64,000 bases of DNA from Sphagnum compactum (lineage: Eukaryota): NCBI GenBank assembly GCA_965153455.1, contig OZ234493.1, positions 4,092,001-4,156,000 of the forward strand, written 5' to 3'. Each line of letters begins with the position of its first letter. Positions within the stretch are counted from its first letter, which is position 1. This document shows, piece by piece, positions 48,701-63,539 of this stretch. Under the pieces are notes generated by a model. That model did not search any database and was not told the DNA's origin. It saw only the letters and a program-made list of their open reading frames with translations. A program made the translations under genes and the position numbers.

Positions 48701-51700
48701 AGTGTCTGTCTCCCCAGACAGGTTACAGATAGGATTAGCAAGCTTACCTCGCAGAGAGGGCCTGTGGCTACAAGGGGACATGAGCAAGCAGCTGCAGCTT
48801 CTCCCTGGCTTAGTCAACAGATTGGAGGCTGCAATGCACTGTGTTGCCCAGGGTTGGATGTGTATTTTAGTTGGGCCTCCAGCAACTGGTAAAACCTCTA
48901 TTGTACGTCTATTGGCAACACTGACGGGTAACCCCTTACGAGAATTTTCCCTCTCTACTGCAACTGACACAACTGAGTTATTGGGCTGCTTTGAGCAGTT
49001 TGATCTTTTCCGTTGTTGGCAGGAAATGGTGAGAAGTGTTTATGATGCAGTGAAGACTTTGTGTAGCTTTTGTCTTGCTCTGTCTGGTGATATACTGCAG
49101 GCTGATTTGAAGCTCAACCTGGTGAAGAGCTTGCTGGGCTCCTGGACTGCTTTTCAAAAGTGCTCAGCCACCAGTGGTAACAGATGGGTGAGCTTAGAGT
49201 TTCAGCCTGATCAGTCATTGGTAAACCCAGTTGCTGTTGATATGCTGCTGCAAACGGTGGAGAAATTGGTGCAAGTTGCTGTTGTATGCAGGATGCCAGT
49301 GGTAAATCCTGATCTGGAGCCCCATACATTATTACACAAAGTGAAAGACTTCAAGGCCAGCATGGGGCAGCAGCAGGGGAAGGCAGGCCAATTTGAATGG
49401 GTTGATGGTGGACTTTTGAAGGCAGTTGAACACGGAGATTGGGTGGTGCTTGAGAATGCAAACTTTTGCAACCCAACAGTAAGTTAAAAGTGCTATTGAA
49501 GTTTGCTTTTGGTTATGCTCACCTGTGCTGTGCAGAGAATCTCTGGAAACTTGTGGATCAAATGCTTTATGCTGAACCAGGCAGTGTTTTTTGAGATTCT
49601 TTTGGGCAGATGCCTTCGCTTGTGGACTTGAATGGACAATGTAGTCTTGCAAATTCTGTTGTTTTTTGTGCCTCTTCTACTTGAACCAACTATAACTCCC
49701 TGTTTGTTACAGGTCCTTGATAGGCTGAACCCACTTCTGGAACCAGGGGGTAGTATCATGGTCAATGAGCGAGGCTTGGTGAATGGAGAAGCTATGGTCA
49801 TCCGAGCGCACCCTAACTTCCGCCTCTTTCTCACTGTTGATCCTAGCCATGGGGAAGTCTCAAGAGCAATGCGTAATCGTGGAGTGGAGCTTTTCATGCT
49901 CCAACCTGATTGGTTTCAGCCAGAGACAAAGGAAATGCCAATCTCAGAGGACCTTGTAGGAGGAACTTTCAGTGGAGAACTTGATAGCCTGAAAGTTCTG
50001 ATCCAGGCAGGAGTTCCAAGGCCCACTCTACTTCAAGCAATGTGCAAAGCTCACATAGGCCTTCAAACCTTTCCAGAGGTTTCTTCTGGACATATTGTGT
50101 CTCTGAGGGAACTTTGGCAGTGGGTCTCACTGCTTCAGCAGCTCCTTGAGAGGGGTTGGAGCTTGGCCTGGTCTTTGCAGTGCAGCTGGGAGCAAACCTA
50201 TGCACGATGTCTTGCTAGTGCTGAGGTGAGACGAGCGGCTATGGAGAAATTCCAATCCCAGCTTGGCTTGGTGAAGCTTCCAGATGTTGGCAGTTGGCGA
50301 GAAGTGGGACTGTGGGTCCCAGGGGGTTGGCCAAATCCATTGACTGTAATGGACTTCTCCTTAAACTCAAAAGAAATAACAGTTCTTCGTGATTGTATGT
50401 TTGTTGAGTTTCTTGGGGTGCAGTCCTTTGCCTCAAGCATGGCTATGGAATGGCAGTCATCAGGGGAGAATTTGCAACAGCTTTTGAAGAGGCTCCAAAG
50501 CAAGGCAGTTGTAGCAGCACATTTCCCTGGCAGCCTTCTATATCACTATTTGAAGCTAGGGAATGGAAAGCTAATGGAGGCACAGAAGTTCACAGTGTCC
50601 CCATGGGATGCAGCAGAGGTCCATCTTACCTTGCGATATGCTTGCCTTTGGATGATTGAGCAAGCAAGCCATTCTGACTTTGAGCTTCGATTACAGTGGC
50701 TTGAGCACTTCTCAATGCAACTGGGATGCTGTGGCCAAGTTCTTGCACTTCTTGTCACTACTTTGAAGAGAGAATCACAGCATCCAGTTCGGCAGCAGCT
50801 GGTTGCAGCATGGATAAAGTATGCAGGAGCAGAAATGGAAAATGCACATACTTTCAAGTTGCTGCGACAATTTCCTCCTTCTTCTGTTGACACTAAGGAT
50901 CTGGAACTGGAGAATAGTAGGACAAACTGGGTTCAAGTTGTCTGTTCAGCAAAGAAATTGCAAGCCTTGCGGCACAGCTTGCTGCAGTGGGAAGCAGAGG
51001 ATGAGGTCTTCACGATGTCTGAAAAGTTGGGTTTGGGTTCTTCAAGCAGCCCAATTGTGCAATCATATCAGCAGTCAAAGCATCGAGCAGACAAGTCCTT
51101 TGTCCCTACATCACAAATCCCAAGGGCTTTGTTGAACTACTTGTATTATCTGTTCCAGTTTCTCAGACAGCTGGAAAATGAGTTCCTCTCTTTAGAGACT
51201 GGATGCATGTGGGATGTTACAACCGACTCCAGCTTTTTACGAGTGCAGGAGTGTCATGAAAGTTTGTGGAGAAACTTGAGCACTTCAAAGTTTGAGGTGG
51301 AAGAGTTTCTGTTTTGTTGGAGCTCAATCAAACAGAGCCTGCGACAATTGATTTCACTGCCTGGGATTTGTGGACCTGGTGGTGTCACAAAGAAAGCAGC
51401 AAAATTGCAAGATGTGATTCGGATGATTGATGAACCTTTCTCTTTGGGGGCAGATGCTCTGGCAAAACCATTGCTGTGGAAATTTGCTGGCCACCCAGAG
51501 CTCCCTCATTCAAAGGAAGTTCATGACCAGGAGCTCCAGGTCATGGCTTTATGTCAGTCATGGTGGAATCCTGTACCAGACATGGAGATGGCATCGATCA
51601 GTGCTGATGGCATGGTGCGTCGCCTTGCTATGACAGCCCTGAGTATCATAAGGTGGTTAGGTCAGTTGATTGCAAGCAGGAGAACTGGCAGTCCTGATTC

Positions 51701-54700
51701 AACTCCTGAGGTTGTCAAGTCTGTTGTTACGGCCTTGGGTCTTAGCAGTGAGGCACAGATGGAGTCACAAGAGATTCACCGAATGCTTCAGGAGAGAGTG
51801 GAGGGTGAGAAGAACAGGCTTCCTCCACATCGAAGCTATGACATAGTCCCAATGGTAAAGAACTTTGTGCCTGAAAGTACAAGGAATGGAAATTGCAAAT
51901 GCATTCTTCAACATGGATCATTTCCAACTTTCCCAACCAATTTTCTGCGATGGCCTACGGCATGGACTCTGTGGTCAGAGCTCCTCCAATGGTTGGACCA
52001 TCTGAGTTTGCATTCCGATGCATTGCTGCTTTCAGAGGTATCACTTTTAGCAGGGAACATCATTGGGGATGAAGAGGAACTGAGAGCTTCTCTGAAGATG
52101 AGGATATCAGCTCAGTCTGTAAATGAGATGATGAACTTTGGACTGTCATGCTCACTGAGATCACCAACAGATTTTGTGCCTCATCAACACTTATTGTGGA
52201 TTTTGGATGCAACCCAATTGGCAGAGTATCCTGTCCTAAAACCGTTCCGGGATACAGTCCATGAGATGTGGTTTTCTTGGCATCAGGCGCTGTGGAGGAA
52301 TGCTCCAGGATTTGGAGACAATCCTACACACTGGAGCAGAACTGCTGGTCCTCCTCGACTCTTTCAGGCTTCACAAACTGTGCATTTGTCAAGTTTAATG
52401 GGACAGCCAGGCCCTGTACGGGACCACCGTGCAAAGCTTGCCCAACTCAATGTTGCATCATTGCATGCTTGGCTAGCTGCAAAGCGTCAGAGTAATGGCA
52501 TCTTCAAGTCCAATTTTGCCAGTGCCAGTGCTCTTTTCCAGCAAGTTATTTTTTCTCACCAAAAGTCATTTAGGTCTGATGACGTGGGAACTGTTCATAC
52601 TGCACTGTCTAACTTTCATGAGGGAGTAGTCAAGGATAAGCAGGATACCTTCTTGAACAGCAAGGAAGACATTCTAAAGACTCTGGGAGAGATTCTCCAA
52701 CACTCAAACCATACAGAACTGTTGTCTCTAGTACACTCTTTAGTTCTACCATGTTTAGAGGCTTTGTACTTCACCCCTTGGGGAACACTGAGTTCATCTG
52801 AGGTCCTGAAGAATCTTGGTCAAGTGTGGTTGCTGATTGGAGAGATGCGCCTTAGGCTGCTTTTACCAGTTGATGGGTGTGACCCAGTTGCCAAGTACAC
52901 TCACAAGCATACCCACATGTTGAGAAAGCATTCAGAGTTGGAGCTTGAGATCAAGGTGAGGCAAGAGAGTGAGCTTCTCGTCCGAGGCAGCAGACATACA
53001 GTGGAAACTCAAGATCTGAGGCTGAATCTTGACAGGATGAAGCAGGAGCTGACTGCATTGTCTTTGAAGTTGATCCCTCGTCCATATCCTCCCCAGTTTA
53101 GGGACTTTGTCACTGAGGTTCTCCGCTTCCTAAAATCCTCAGTGGATGCAGGAAAGCTGGCTGCCCTTGTCCGTGTGCTATGTGATGACATGCAGATCAG
53201 GCAGCCTAGTTCAGGTTACACATTTCAGGAAGTTGCAACTTGGCAGGACAATTCTGCTCAATTCATCAGCTTTCTCTCTTCTGAGTTTTCACATTACAGG
53301 GATGTTGTGCAGCCAATCCAGTTGGGGATATATGAACTCAAGCTTGGCTTGTCTCTTACATTGGCAGCATGCTTGCAGGCTGCAACTTTTGGGAAGGAGG
53401 GGATCAGTCAGGGGGAGAGTACATTTATGAGATTTCTCTCTTCTCTTATGGAATTCCCTTTGGCCCGAAGTTTGCAAGTCTCTCAGATTGATGTGGGTTT
53501 TGGAGATGCATCTAGTGAAGAATTCATGGCACAGTATAGCTCGTGCACACAACTGGTCAACAATGCCAGTGAACAGATCTTGTCTCAGGTTGTAAGGGTT
53601 CAGCAACCAAGCTCAATTCCTGGAGAGGTTCTCGAGTTAGAGTTGAAAGTCATGGTGATGCGAGTTGCACTCCTGCGCATGGGGATTGAGATTCAGCAGG
53701 ATGGGGTCAAAAGCAAAGGTGTCTTGGGTATATTGGAGACTATCTTCAGCTCCTTAACGCTCTTATGGTCAGAAATCAGAGAACGTCAAAATGCAAGAAA
53801 CAAGGAGGATGAGGAGTTGGTACGATTTAGCAGTCGCACACACACTATGGAAACAGAAGCTCAACTCGACGAGGCATCCTTTCGTGCCATGTTCAAGGAT
53901 TTCACATCTGAGTTTAAGGGCCTTGATAACAATCCTGCCTTTGCCAGTGCTGAGGAAGATGACAGGCGTGCTGAAGCAGCAGCGAAAGAAGAGTTGGTAG
54001 ATGAGGGAAAACAGAGAATAGACAAGGCGTGGCTTGCAATTCAGGAGCCTCTTCTGAAGGATGTTGTTGTAGTACACAAGCAAATATTTGGAAGTAAGAC
54101 TGTACTTCAGGACTGCCAAATGCTGGACAAAGAGAGGGTGGATGCATTCACTTTGGCATATGACACAGGCAGACGCTTAATCGAAGCTGTGGGGCATTCG
54201 GTGCCTGCAAAACTGGATGACCAAGTCATGGCAGCAAATCTGATGAGACTAAGCCTTGAACACCGAAGCCTTGGAGAAATTTCTCAGAATACCAAGCACA
54301 CCATTTATAGAGATTCAAATCCCCCAGAGATGGCACTGATTCTTGATCCATTGGCAGGCTTTGTGGAGCGAGTGGGCATATTGTTGGAGCAGTGGCCGGA
54401 ACACCCAATCTTGGAACAGCTCCTGAACATTGCAAAAGCTCTTCTATCTATTTCTCTTGAAGCACCAGTGATGAAGGCAGTGACAGGAGTGGAGCTACTA
54501 CTGGCAAAAGCTCAACTCTGGGAAGAGAATGCAGCCAACCATGTATCAATAGGCAAGGAGATGAATGAACTGATGCGGCTAGTGAGGCGGTGGCGCAAAC
54601 TGGAGCTTGAAGGTTGGCCTGCACTGCTGGAGAGCACCCAACGCCAGCATGAAGTAAATGCAGAAAAGCTTTGGTTTTTTCTCTATGGGCTCCTTCATCG

Positions 54701-57700
54701 ACAACGGGGTGAGGATCCTGAGGCAGATATTGAGGCAACAACTGGAAGCCTAGAGGAATACATGCAAACATCCACAATTGGGGAGTTTCAGAAACGCTTG
54801 GATCTCCTGCTTGCTTTTCATGGCCAGTTTTCTGCAAAGGAGAATGGAACTTTTGTCCAGGTTCTTGCCAATGTTCTCTACAATGTCTGGAAGTACTACA
54901 TCCAGTTCTTGCCTGCAGTGCAGGAGATGCTGTCAACAGGTAGGGGCCCCATTGAAAAGGAGCTGAAGGATTTTGTCAAGCTTACAAAGTGGGAGGATTT
55001 TGGTTACTATGCATTGGCCCTCTCAGCAGAGAAGACACATCGCAAACTTCACAAACTTATCCGCAAATATGATGATCTGCTCAAGCGACCTGTAATTGAG
55101 CTGTTAATGAAACAGTCCTTGCGCATGGGCAGTCAGATGTTGACCTCACTGAGTTCATCTCAAGTCACTGAACCTGCACTTGTCTCAGGGCAGGAAGAGT
55201 CAGAGGATATTAAACTAGTCTCTGAACCACTTGGAGTCCCAGTGGTTGGGGCTTTTGAGGTGGATGAGTGGGGTCAGTATTGCAGGGAGAAATTAGCTCA
55301 AATGACGACTCTAATCTCTACCATCCCTCTGGAGTTTCCAGAGGTAAAGCGGCTACCATCACTCATTTCCAAGATGGGTAGCTTTATAGGTGCTGAGGTA
55401 TTCCTGCCCAGTGACCGACGCAGGGCCCAACAAGAAGGGGTGGATGCACTTGGAATGCTTGGGTCGGCAGTAATTACCCGGTCTGCGGAGTTGCGCCAAG
55501 GAGAGAAGAGGCTAGCAGTGAAGAAGAAGGCACTTGCTGATCTACTGAAAGTGTTGCGCCAGATTGGTCTCTCACATCATAAATCATCTGTGCCGAAGGA
55601 TAAGCGTAGTCCAAAAAAATGGTTCCAGGAGCCTCCTTTTGATGTGGGAGTATTGCTTGGTTGCTGGACAGGAAGGAAACCTGTAGGAAAGCTAGAAACA
55701 GGAGGAGACTTTGACAAATACTTTGGCTCAAGCTTGATCAATACCAGCTCCATGGTTTGGAGGCAGGCAAATGACTATTACTATAATAATATTGCACTTA
55801 TGCAGCGTCTCTGGCAAAAGGCGCTGGATTTCAACAAAGCACTCAGCTTGCGGGAAGTGGAGGTTTCCACAAGGTACATGGAGCATCTGCTTTATTTGCA
55901 GCGCAAACAGCGCCGCACAGCCTATGAATTCACCACAAAACTTATGCAACTCATGAACTTGACAAGTCTCTTAGCATCCTTTGGTGCTGGTCGATCTCCT
56001 TTGCCACAGCAGCAAGCGTCACTGAGGTGGTGGATGTGGCAGCAAAAGAATCTCCTTGACTTGCTCTGCCATGCATCTGCAGAATCAGTTCTTCTTTTCA
56101 AAACATCTGAAGCTTTGCAGAAGTGCCCAACTGAGAGTAGTATACCTTGTGAGGCCAGCTCTGTAAAGGCGATGCTTGCAACGCTCTTGACCAACTTGGA
56201 AGACTGCAAGAGAGCTCTTGACCAGCATCTTGGTGGGGGAAGTGACATAATGTATTCAAGTTGGGAGAAAACGTGGCCCCTGCTGATCACTCCTATCATG
56301 CTCAAGTCTCTCTCTGAGAACTTCATCGTTCTGAAAAATACGCAGACACAGTTCCTCAGCATTTCATCTCAGAATAGTGGCAACCAAGTCCCAGGCCTGC
56401 GTTCGTTACAAGGCCTTCTCAGCAAGGGGGTGGAGTTGTCAGAAAATTTCGAGGCAGAGATGAGCAGAGAATGTTTCAAGATAGGAGATCAACATGAATT
56501 CACACCGTTTGTGAAGCAGTTTGAGATGGTAGTGTCAGAGGTGCTTGTGGCCGTCCAAAAACTCAGAAAGACAGAAACATATGTCTCACATGATACTGAC
56601 AGACCCATTGAAGTGGATTTTGAAATTCTAGGGACAATCCAATTGATGGATTCTGCAATCACCATGCAGATGTCAGCTTTGCATCTAGATCAGATATATG
56701 CCTCTCTTATTAGGACTGTATCCTTGGCTGTAGAGACTTTGGATGCCAAAGTGATCACTGGCAGTGATGCTCCAATGAATATAGGGCAGCTGTTGGGTTG
56801 TATCCATATCCCTGTGGAGATGCTGCAGGTTGCAGGAATGCAGATCTTGAATGACTATGTGGTCCTGCAGAAGACTGTGTCTAAGCTTGGATATATTCTG
56901 TCCAATTTATTCAACTCACTGTATACAGAAGGGTTTTGCGTCACCAAGGAAGAGGAGAGTGGTGAAGCAGGTGGTGAAAAATTTGAGGATGCTGATGGAA
57001 CAGGAATGGGTGAAGGAGAAGGGAAGAAAGATGTAAGTGATCAGATTGAGGATGAGGACCAGCTGATCGGTACCTCTGAAAAGAACGAAGATGCCCCAAC
57101 AGCTGATGGTGCAGAGAAGAAGGGTGAAAAAGGTGTAGAGATGGAACAGGACTTTGATGGTGACATGCTTGATCTCAGTGAGGATGAGTCAGATGAGGAC
57201 GTAGACAAAGAAGAGGATGAAGGGAAATTGGAATCACAGATGGGTGAGACTGGTGATGAGAGTGAAATTGTCGATGAACAGTTGTGGAATGATAATGACA
57301 ATGAGAATGATGGAGGACAACATGATGGTAAAGAGAAGTATGAGAAAGAGGCTCCAATTGCAGGTGCAAGTTCTGAGGATCTGGAACTTCGTGCCAAGCA
57401 GGAAGAAGAAGACAAAGGTGGTGAAGGAAAAACACCACAGAAGGAGGAGCCTGGAAAGGATTCTGAATCAGCAAAAGCACAAGACATTGAGGAGGAACAG
57501 GGGGTGGCAGAAACTGATGAGGCTGGGATGAATCAAGAGGAGGCTTATGAAGATCCAAGTGGGGTAAAACCACGGACTGAAGAAGAACTTGAACTACCAG
57601 AGGATTTGAATCTAGATGGTCAAGGGGAGGAGGATGAAGACATGGAAGCTGATGAAGATATGGGAGGTGGTGAGAAAGACTTGGGGGGGGTTGATGCAGC

Positions 57701-59768
57701 AATGGAGTGTGATGAGCAGGAGGTAATGGATGATGATGAGTCCAAGGGGCTCCCTGATGGAGGAGGCGAAGTTGAAGAGGAGCATGAAGAGAAATCTCAA
57801 GAGGAAGGTCCAGAAACAGAGCAAGAAGCCAATGTTGAGGAGGAGAAACATGATAATGAGGGGGGAACTAAGTCAAAAGAAGAGAAAAGAGTGGAAGGCA
57901 GTGAAACTGTGGATGGGAGTGACCATCATGGAGAAGGTCTCTTGAATGAGAAGGCCATGCCAGAGGCACAAGACATCCCAGCCCCAGATTTCCAGTCAGA
58001 TTCAAGAGCAAAGGGTGGTGCAGAGGCATCTGCTGCATTATTTGGCAGGAGCGGAGATCAAATGGACATTGGCATCAATGAAGCAAAACAGCAGATGGGG
58101 GACACTGAGGCTTTACCAGATCAAACAACATCACAATTGCAACAATCAGCTATTGAAAATAGCAGTGGGGATAAAAGCTCCTGTGTGTCAAACCCTGCTC
58201 TGAACTCCAAGGCAACTCCAAGCCTGGACAAATTAGAAGCAAATCCGTACAGAAGACTAGGAGACGCATTGAAGCAGTGGAAGGAGATGGTGCAATTACA
58301 GGATGCTAGCTCAGTACCTGATGAGGACATGGTACCAGGAGAAGAATTGCTTGATGGCACAGAGGAAGATAAGGGAATGTATGAGTATGTTCAGAAGGAG
58401 GAGAAAGGGGGTGCTCAAGCTCTGGGTGCAGCAACAGATGACCAGCTAGCTGAAAGCCAGAGCCAACAGCAGAGGCCCCAAGATGTGGATATGGAGGATA
58501 CAACCAATGATGAGCCACTGCCACCTAGTTTGGATAAACTACAACTTGAGGAAGAAATAGATGACAAGGATATGGAAGGAGTCCAGGCAACCCAACTTAG
58601 CACGAGCTTGAAGAAGGGAAGGTCACTTGATATGAATCAGGCAAGGGTTGAAGAGAACAAAGAAGCTCCCCTGAGTACCACCCTTGAGGAGTCACAGCTT
58701 GAGTTTGAGTTGGAACAGCGAACCAAGGGACATGACAGCATTGTCTCCCTTACATCCTTAGCTGTAGGCCCTCAAGTTGATCAGCAGGTGATGAACTCCA
58801 ACAGCCAACTAGACGTCCAATCCTGGACCGAAGAGGAACTGAGAGATGTCCGGAAAGATTTGGAAGTGAAGCTGAGAGAAGGGGATGGCACCGGAGAGTC
58901 TGCAAGAGTGATGTGGCAGAAGTTTGAGCAGTTGACAGTCCGCCTCTCTCAGGAGCTGGCAGAGCAGCTACGCTTGATTCTGGAGCCAACCTTGGCAGCA
59001 AAGCTGGAGGGGGACTATCGATCTGGTAAACGTATCAATATGAAGAAAATTATACCCTATGTGGCCAGCCAGTTCCGGAAGGATAAGATATGGCTCCGAC
59101 GGACGAAGGCCAGTAAACGGCAGTACCAAGTTGTCTTGGCTATTGATGACTCTAGGAGTATGTCAGAGAGTCACTGTGGCCACATTGCATTGGAGGCACT
59201 CATTACAATCTGTAGAGCCATGTCACAGTTGGAGATAGGTCAAATGGCAGTGGCAAGTTTTGGAGAGAAAGGGAATGTGCGTCTTTTACATGATTTTGAC
59301 CAGCCCTTTTCTAGTGAAGCTGGGCTGAACATGGTTTCACAATTCACCTTCCGGCAAGAGAATACCATTGCTGATGAGCCAATGGTGGATTTGCTGCACT
59401 ATCTGACACACATGCTAGATTTTGCTGCCAGGCATGCCACAGCACCTTCAGGTCAGAACAATTTGCAACAGCTGGTGCTCATTCTTGCAGATGGGCGCTT
59501 TCATGAGAAGGAGAGTTTGAGGAGGTGTGTAAGGGATGCAATGAATCGAAAGCAACTCCTGGCATTTCTTGTGTTGGATAACCCTCAAGAGTCAATTCTG
59601 GACATGCAGTCTGTCTCATTCTCAAACGGAGCTCCATCCTTTTCAAAGTATCTTGATGCCTTCCCCTTTCCTTACTACATTCTTCTGCGTGATATTGAAG
59701 CACTCCCACGCACTCTGGCCGATCTTTTGCGACAGTGGTTTGAGTTGATGCAGCGGTCAGTTTCATAG
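39793..59768 (+). CDS. MDN1: Midasin (Rea1), AAA+ ATPase for 60S ribosome biogenesis, ~5,719 aa
   Basis: Exons 39793-40190, 41954-42535, 42739-45057, 45236-46760, 47199-49478 and 49713-59768 (sum 17,160 nt, in frame). Six Walker A motifs (GPIGAGKS, GETGTGKT, GPTSSGKT, GETGSGKT, GSPGVGKT, GPPATGKT), long linker, D/E-rich region and C-terminal MIDAS/VWA domain (IDDSRSMS...FPFPYY). Confidence 0.98.
40421..41762. repeat. Tandem array in midasin intron 1: ~218-bp units plus ~85-90-bp truncated units, each with TAGGGTTTAGGGTTTA-like motifs
   Basis: Full units start at about 40421, 40639, 40858, 41076 and 41553; short units at about 41290, 41380 and 41470. Shared core ctagggtttagggtttatggcttgaatcttccaga.ccttaaccttgaaccctgaactgtaaa. 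Confidence 0.95.
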
Positions 59769-60894
59769 TATGTTGTCTGTTACAGATTTGCAGCTTCTGC
59801 AAAATGATGACAACTTGTATATTACCTGTCCTCCAACACTTCAAAGGTGATTCCATGAACAGTTCTCTTGATCAATCTTTCATGATTTCTGCAGTATAGG
59901 AGATTGAGCATTCCAATCTTATAGAAGGCTTTGTTCAATCCTTAAAATTAGAACTAATGCTGGCAAACACATACCCTTCTCAGCTTTGGAAAGATTGGCA
60001 AATGACCTATCATGGAAGAACTCAATGAGAGCTGGAAGAGCTTTGTCAAATGGGATTGTGATGTTTTGCAGAGCCCAGTTCAGGTGTTGATCTGAACTGA
60101 TTACTGTAAGGAAAATTCTCACTTCAAGTTGTAGGTGAGGATGTGATTTTGAATGTGAATGTGAGACCCTTTGGGACTGTAATTGCTGTAAGCAAGCCTT
60201 GTAAACCCACCATTGTGGATAGATAAAGAGATAGTGTTTGAGATATCCAGGCAGCGTTGAAAACACTTTTTCTCTTGTCATCTTACTATCCTGGAGGTGG
60301 CAGTAGATAGTAGTTAAGGTTTAAAAATGACCTGAAGCAACTGCAAGACTGTAACTTCTTGCAATTTGTCATATTTAGACTTTAGGGTCGGGGTTCAAAG
60401 GCTGAAGGTTTGAGGGTTGAGGAAGACCTTGGTTTTGAAAAACTCTTGTCCAACTCTAAACTCCCTATCTATAAAATGCACATAGGGGAAGTTTTCTTGG
60501 GAAGTTTACCAAAGTAGGGGAAATTGATCATGGAAGATCCTAAGGAACTTCTTGAGGATCTAAACGACTGACTGAAGTAAAATGTCTGGAATTTTGATTC
60601 CATAATACAATTTCATTCACCACAATTGCATTGACAATTGGGGGAAGTTTGTGTGATCTGGCAAGTTAGTGGTATCATGGGAAGGTGTGAAAAGAGGAAG
60701 AAAATAGTGTTGTGCGTACAAACTAAGAGTACAATATGCTTGTGGCCCAATTTGATGTAGGGGGTTACACCTTCTCTAACTACAAAGTCCTTACATATGA
60801 TATGATTCATGCACGATGTTTCCTCCTATTGTTCCTTAGACTAGGTAGCATGATGGAAATGTGGTGTGAGGAACTTTGGTGTATTATTTGTAAG

Positions 60895-61838
60895 TGTCAT
60901 GCCAAGAACATCAACACAAGGGATGCGAAAGGGGGAGAAGTGAGATTTGGGACGAGAAAATTTGTCAATTACTATCACCACACTAATGTTACTCTTGTAG
61001 AGAATGTCTAAGAGTAACATTAGTGTGCTTTTAAACATGGCCTAGAAACACAGTTGAAGAAAATGGAGATGCACACATAAGTTGAGAAGACAATGTTACC
61101 AAAGGATAGCAAGTTGGAATTGCAAAGCTAGTGTATTGTAGAGAATGTTAAGTTGAAAAGGGTGCAGAAATGTAATGCAAAATGCATGTTAGCCTTGGGT
61201 TTCATCAAACATTGAAGACACAATATGAACATCAATTGATGATGTTTGCAAGTATAACATAGTCCCTTAGGGAAGTAAGTTTGGAACTCTTGAAGGAAGC
61301 AATTGTGATGTGCCCTCAAAAGCCTGCCAATGGTATGAAATTTGGGACACCATAACTTTCTCAAAATGTATATAATGAGATGAGTTAAAGCTATATTTTG
61401 TAGAACTTTTGAAAAAATATAACGATTCGATTCCATATGAAGCTCTCCAATAAAACATGAATTGGTACTCCAAATGACACTTTAAGTGAATAGGAGTTAA
61501 ATTTTTCATTCTCATTGTGATTCTCCAAGTGGCCATAACTTCTAACTATAAATTTTTATTTGACAGTGCAAGCTTATCACATTGTAGCTCACATTAACAC
61601 CTTTTTCACGGATTGAAAGATCATTTGATTTTCCAAGTCTTGCCCCAAAAATCTTGAAATTTCACAAGAGTTCAAATTGCCAAAATGAGAGGCTCGAAGG
61701 TTTCTCCCTTGCAGTAACACACATGTCCAACTCAAATTGGGAGTGTCTTTGAGCCAAGTCAAGGTTTGTGTTTATGTTTTACTTTGTTTTGTTTCAATGT
61801 TGGTCGTGGCACTTGAGCCCAAACTTAGGGTCATGACA
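60895..61838. mobile_element. Possible decayed solo LTR
   Basis: Bounded by inverted termini TGTCATG...CATGACA (TG...CA rule), ~940 bp, non-coding. No clean target-site duplication. Confidence 0.3.
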
Positions 61839-61984
61839 AATTAAGCAAATGATCATATTGTGATTAATGAAAAGATACTTGACATCATGGGAAGTTTCAC
61901 ATGGATTTTATTCCCCCAAAGAAGCCCTACATAGATTACATGTAAATAAATCATTATTCCCAACTTTTTTCTTTTTTTTCTCAA

Positions 61985-62130
61985 TTTTGTGATGTAGCCA
62001 CATTAGCAATTGTCCTAGGAAGATTTAGCTAGGTTTGGTTATAGGACATATGGGAAGCTAAATTTTTTTATAACCCTACTACTTTTTAGCTACATGTAGG
62101 ACCACATAGTCTAAATATGGTGAATTTAAC
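61985..62130. repeat. Dispersed MITE-like repeat, copy 2
   Basis: Same core motifs as 27860-28100. Confidence 0.55.
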
Positions 62131-63539
62131 TTTTTTCACTATTTTTTTGCCAAAAAAATTGAAAATTTTCTCACAAAAACCTTTGAGAAGGTCATAATTC
62201 ATTTTTAAATATTGTAACAATGTAAAATTTTGTGTAATTTTTTTTTGACTATTCCCAACAATACAAAATTTAAGTGTTTTAAAACAAAATTATTTTGATG
62301 TTATTTTTAAAATCACTTTTCAACCTACATTAATAATTTTTTCATTTCTTTCACACTAGCAAGGAAACTTTTTGAGGAAATCAAAGAAATTGACAAGGGA
62401 AGATCTTGAGAAGACTTTGATGAAGGTGTTGGATCTATGAATTAACATGAAGGTGATTGAAATATATATATTAACATTTGAGAAAAATTGGGAAGCATGA
62501 TAATCAAGATAAGAAAAAACCTAAACATTTGAGAACATAGTAAGCACCCCTTAACAAGCATTATTTAGTGGAAAAAGTGATTCACATTGCTCAAAACCTA
62601 GTTTTTGTTACAGGATTTGATTGTTTTGACCTTATAGCCATTTCAAATGAAAAAAGGATCACTCCTTTTTAGTGTTCAAATTTATGATGTTGGTTGGTAT
62701 GTTCTCTTTCATGTAAATGTGTTGGTTGGTTCATGGCTTTTTGGCCAATGCTGTAAATAGAAATTCATCGTTCAATGGTATAGTAAGTGAACTTGGAGGT
62801 TTCACAAGGTAGTAGTGGTAGCATAAATGGGGGGTGGTGGGATTTTTTTAGGTAAACTTTAAAGAAACAATTAGCAAGAAGCTTTTGGAAGGGGCTTACG
62901 CAAACATTTCAAAAGGTAGTCCAATCTTTAGAAAGTGTGTGATCAATATTAAAAAACTTGACCTATGCAATTGGAATATTAATAGAGTGGAGTCTTTTAA
63001 CTCAATGAATGGCATTGACAAAGCAACAAGGATTCATATAAAAGGAAATGTGGGAGTAGAACATCAATGAGAAGTAGATCAATGTCGTCCACAAGGAAAC
63101 AAGAAAAAATCTAATTTTAAAGGTAGCAATATGGTAAATTAAGTTGTAGAGTGAGGTTTGAGGATATGTCATCTCTTGAAAGGTCTAATGATGTTTTTAT
63201 GATAGATAACATCAAAATAAAGCCTTCCCCATTCTAGTTTTAAATATGTTTTAAGAAGGCACATGGCTTTTAAACATGACAACGTAACAACATTGAAAGA
63301 CTTGGATATGATGCCTTGGGTTCAAACCAAGATCATGAAAATAAGGACAACACATCAAAATCACAAATGCAATTTGCCTCCTATAGCCATAGTAAAGGTC
63401 AAGAGAAAATTATCACACCCTTTTTTACAAACAAAGATGCCACAACATTAGTTAGACCCCTTAGGCCTAGGAGGATTAACCATCATGTAAATAGAAACAA
63501 CAGTCACAACACAACAACAATTCTTTCAAGAGGAATAAA

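Noticed and set aside
42058..59856. Many 60-175-aa antisense and alternate-frame ORFs over midasin
   Set aside because: Shadow ORFs of a long coding sequence (for example Ser/Pro/Leu-rich antisense of the D/E-rich tract) with no recognisable domains.
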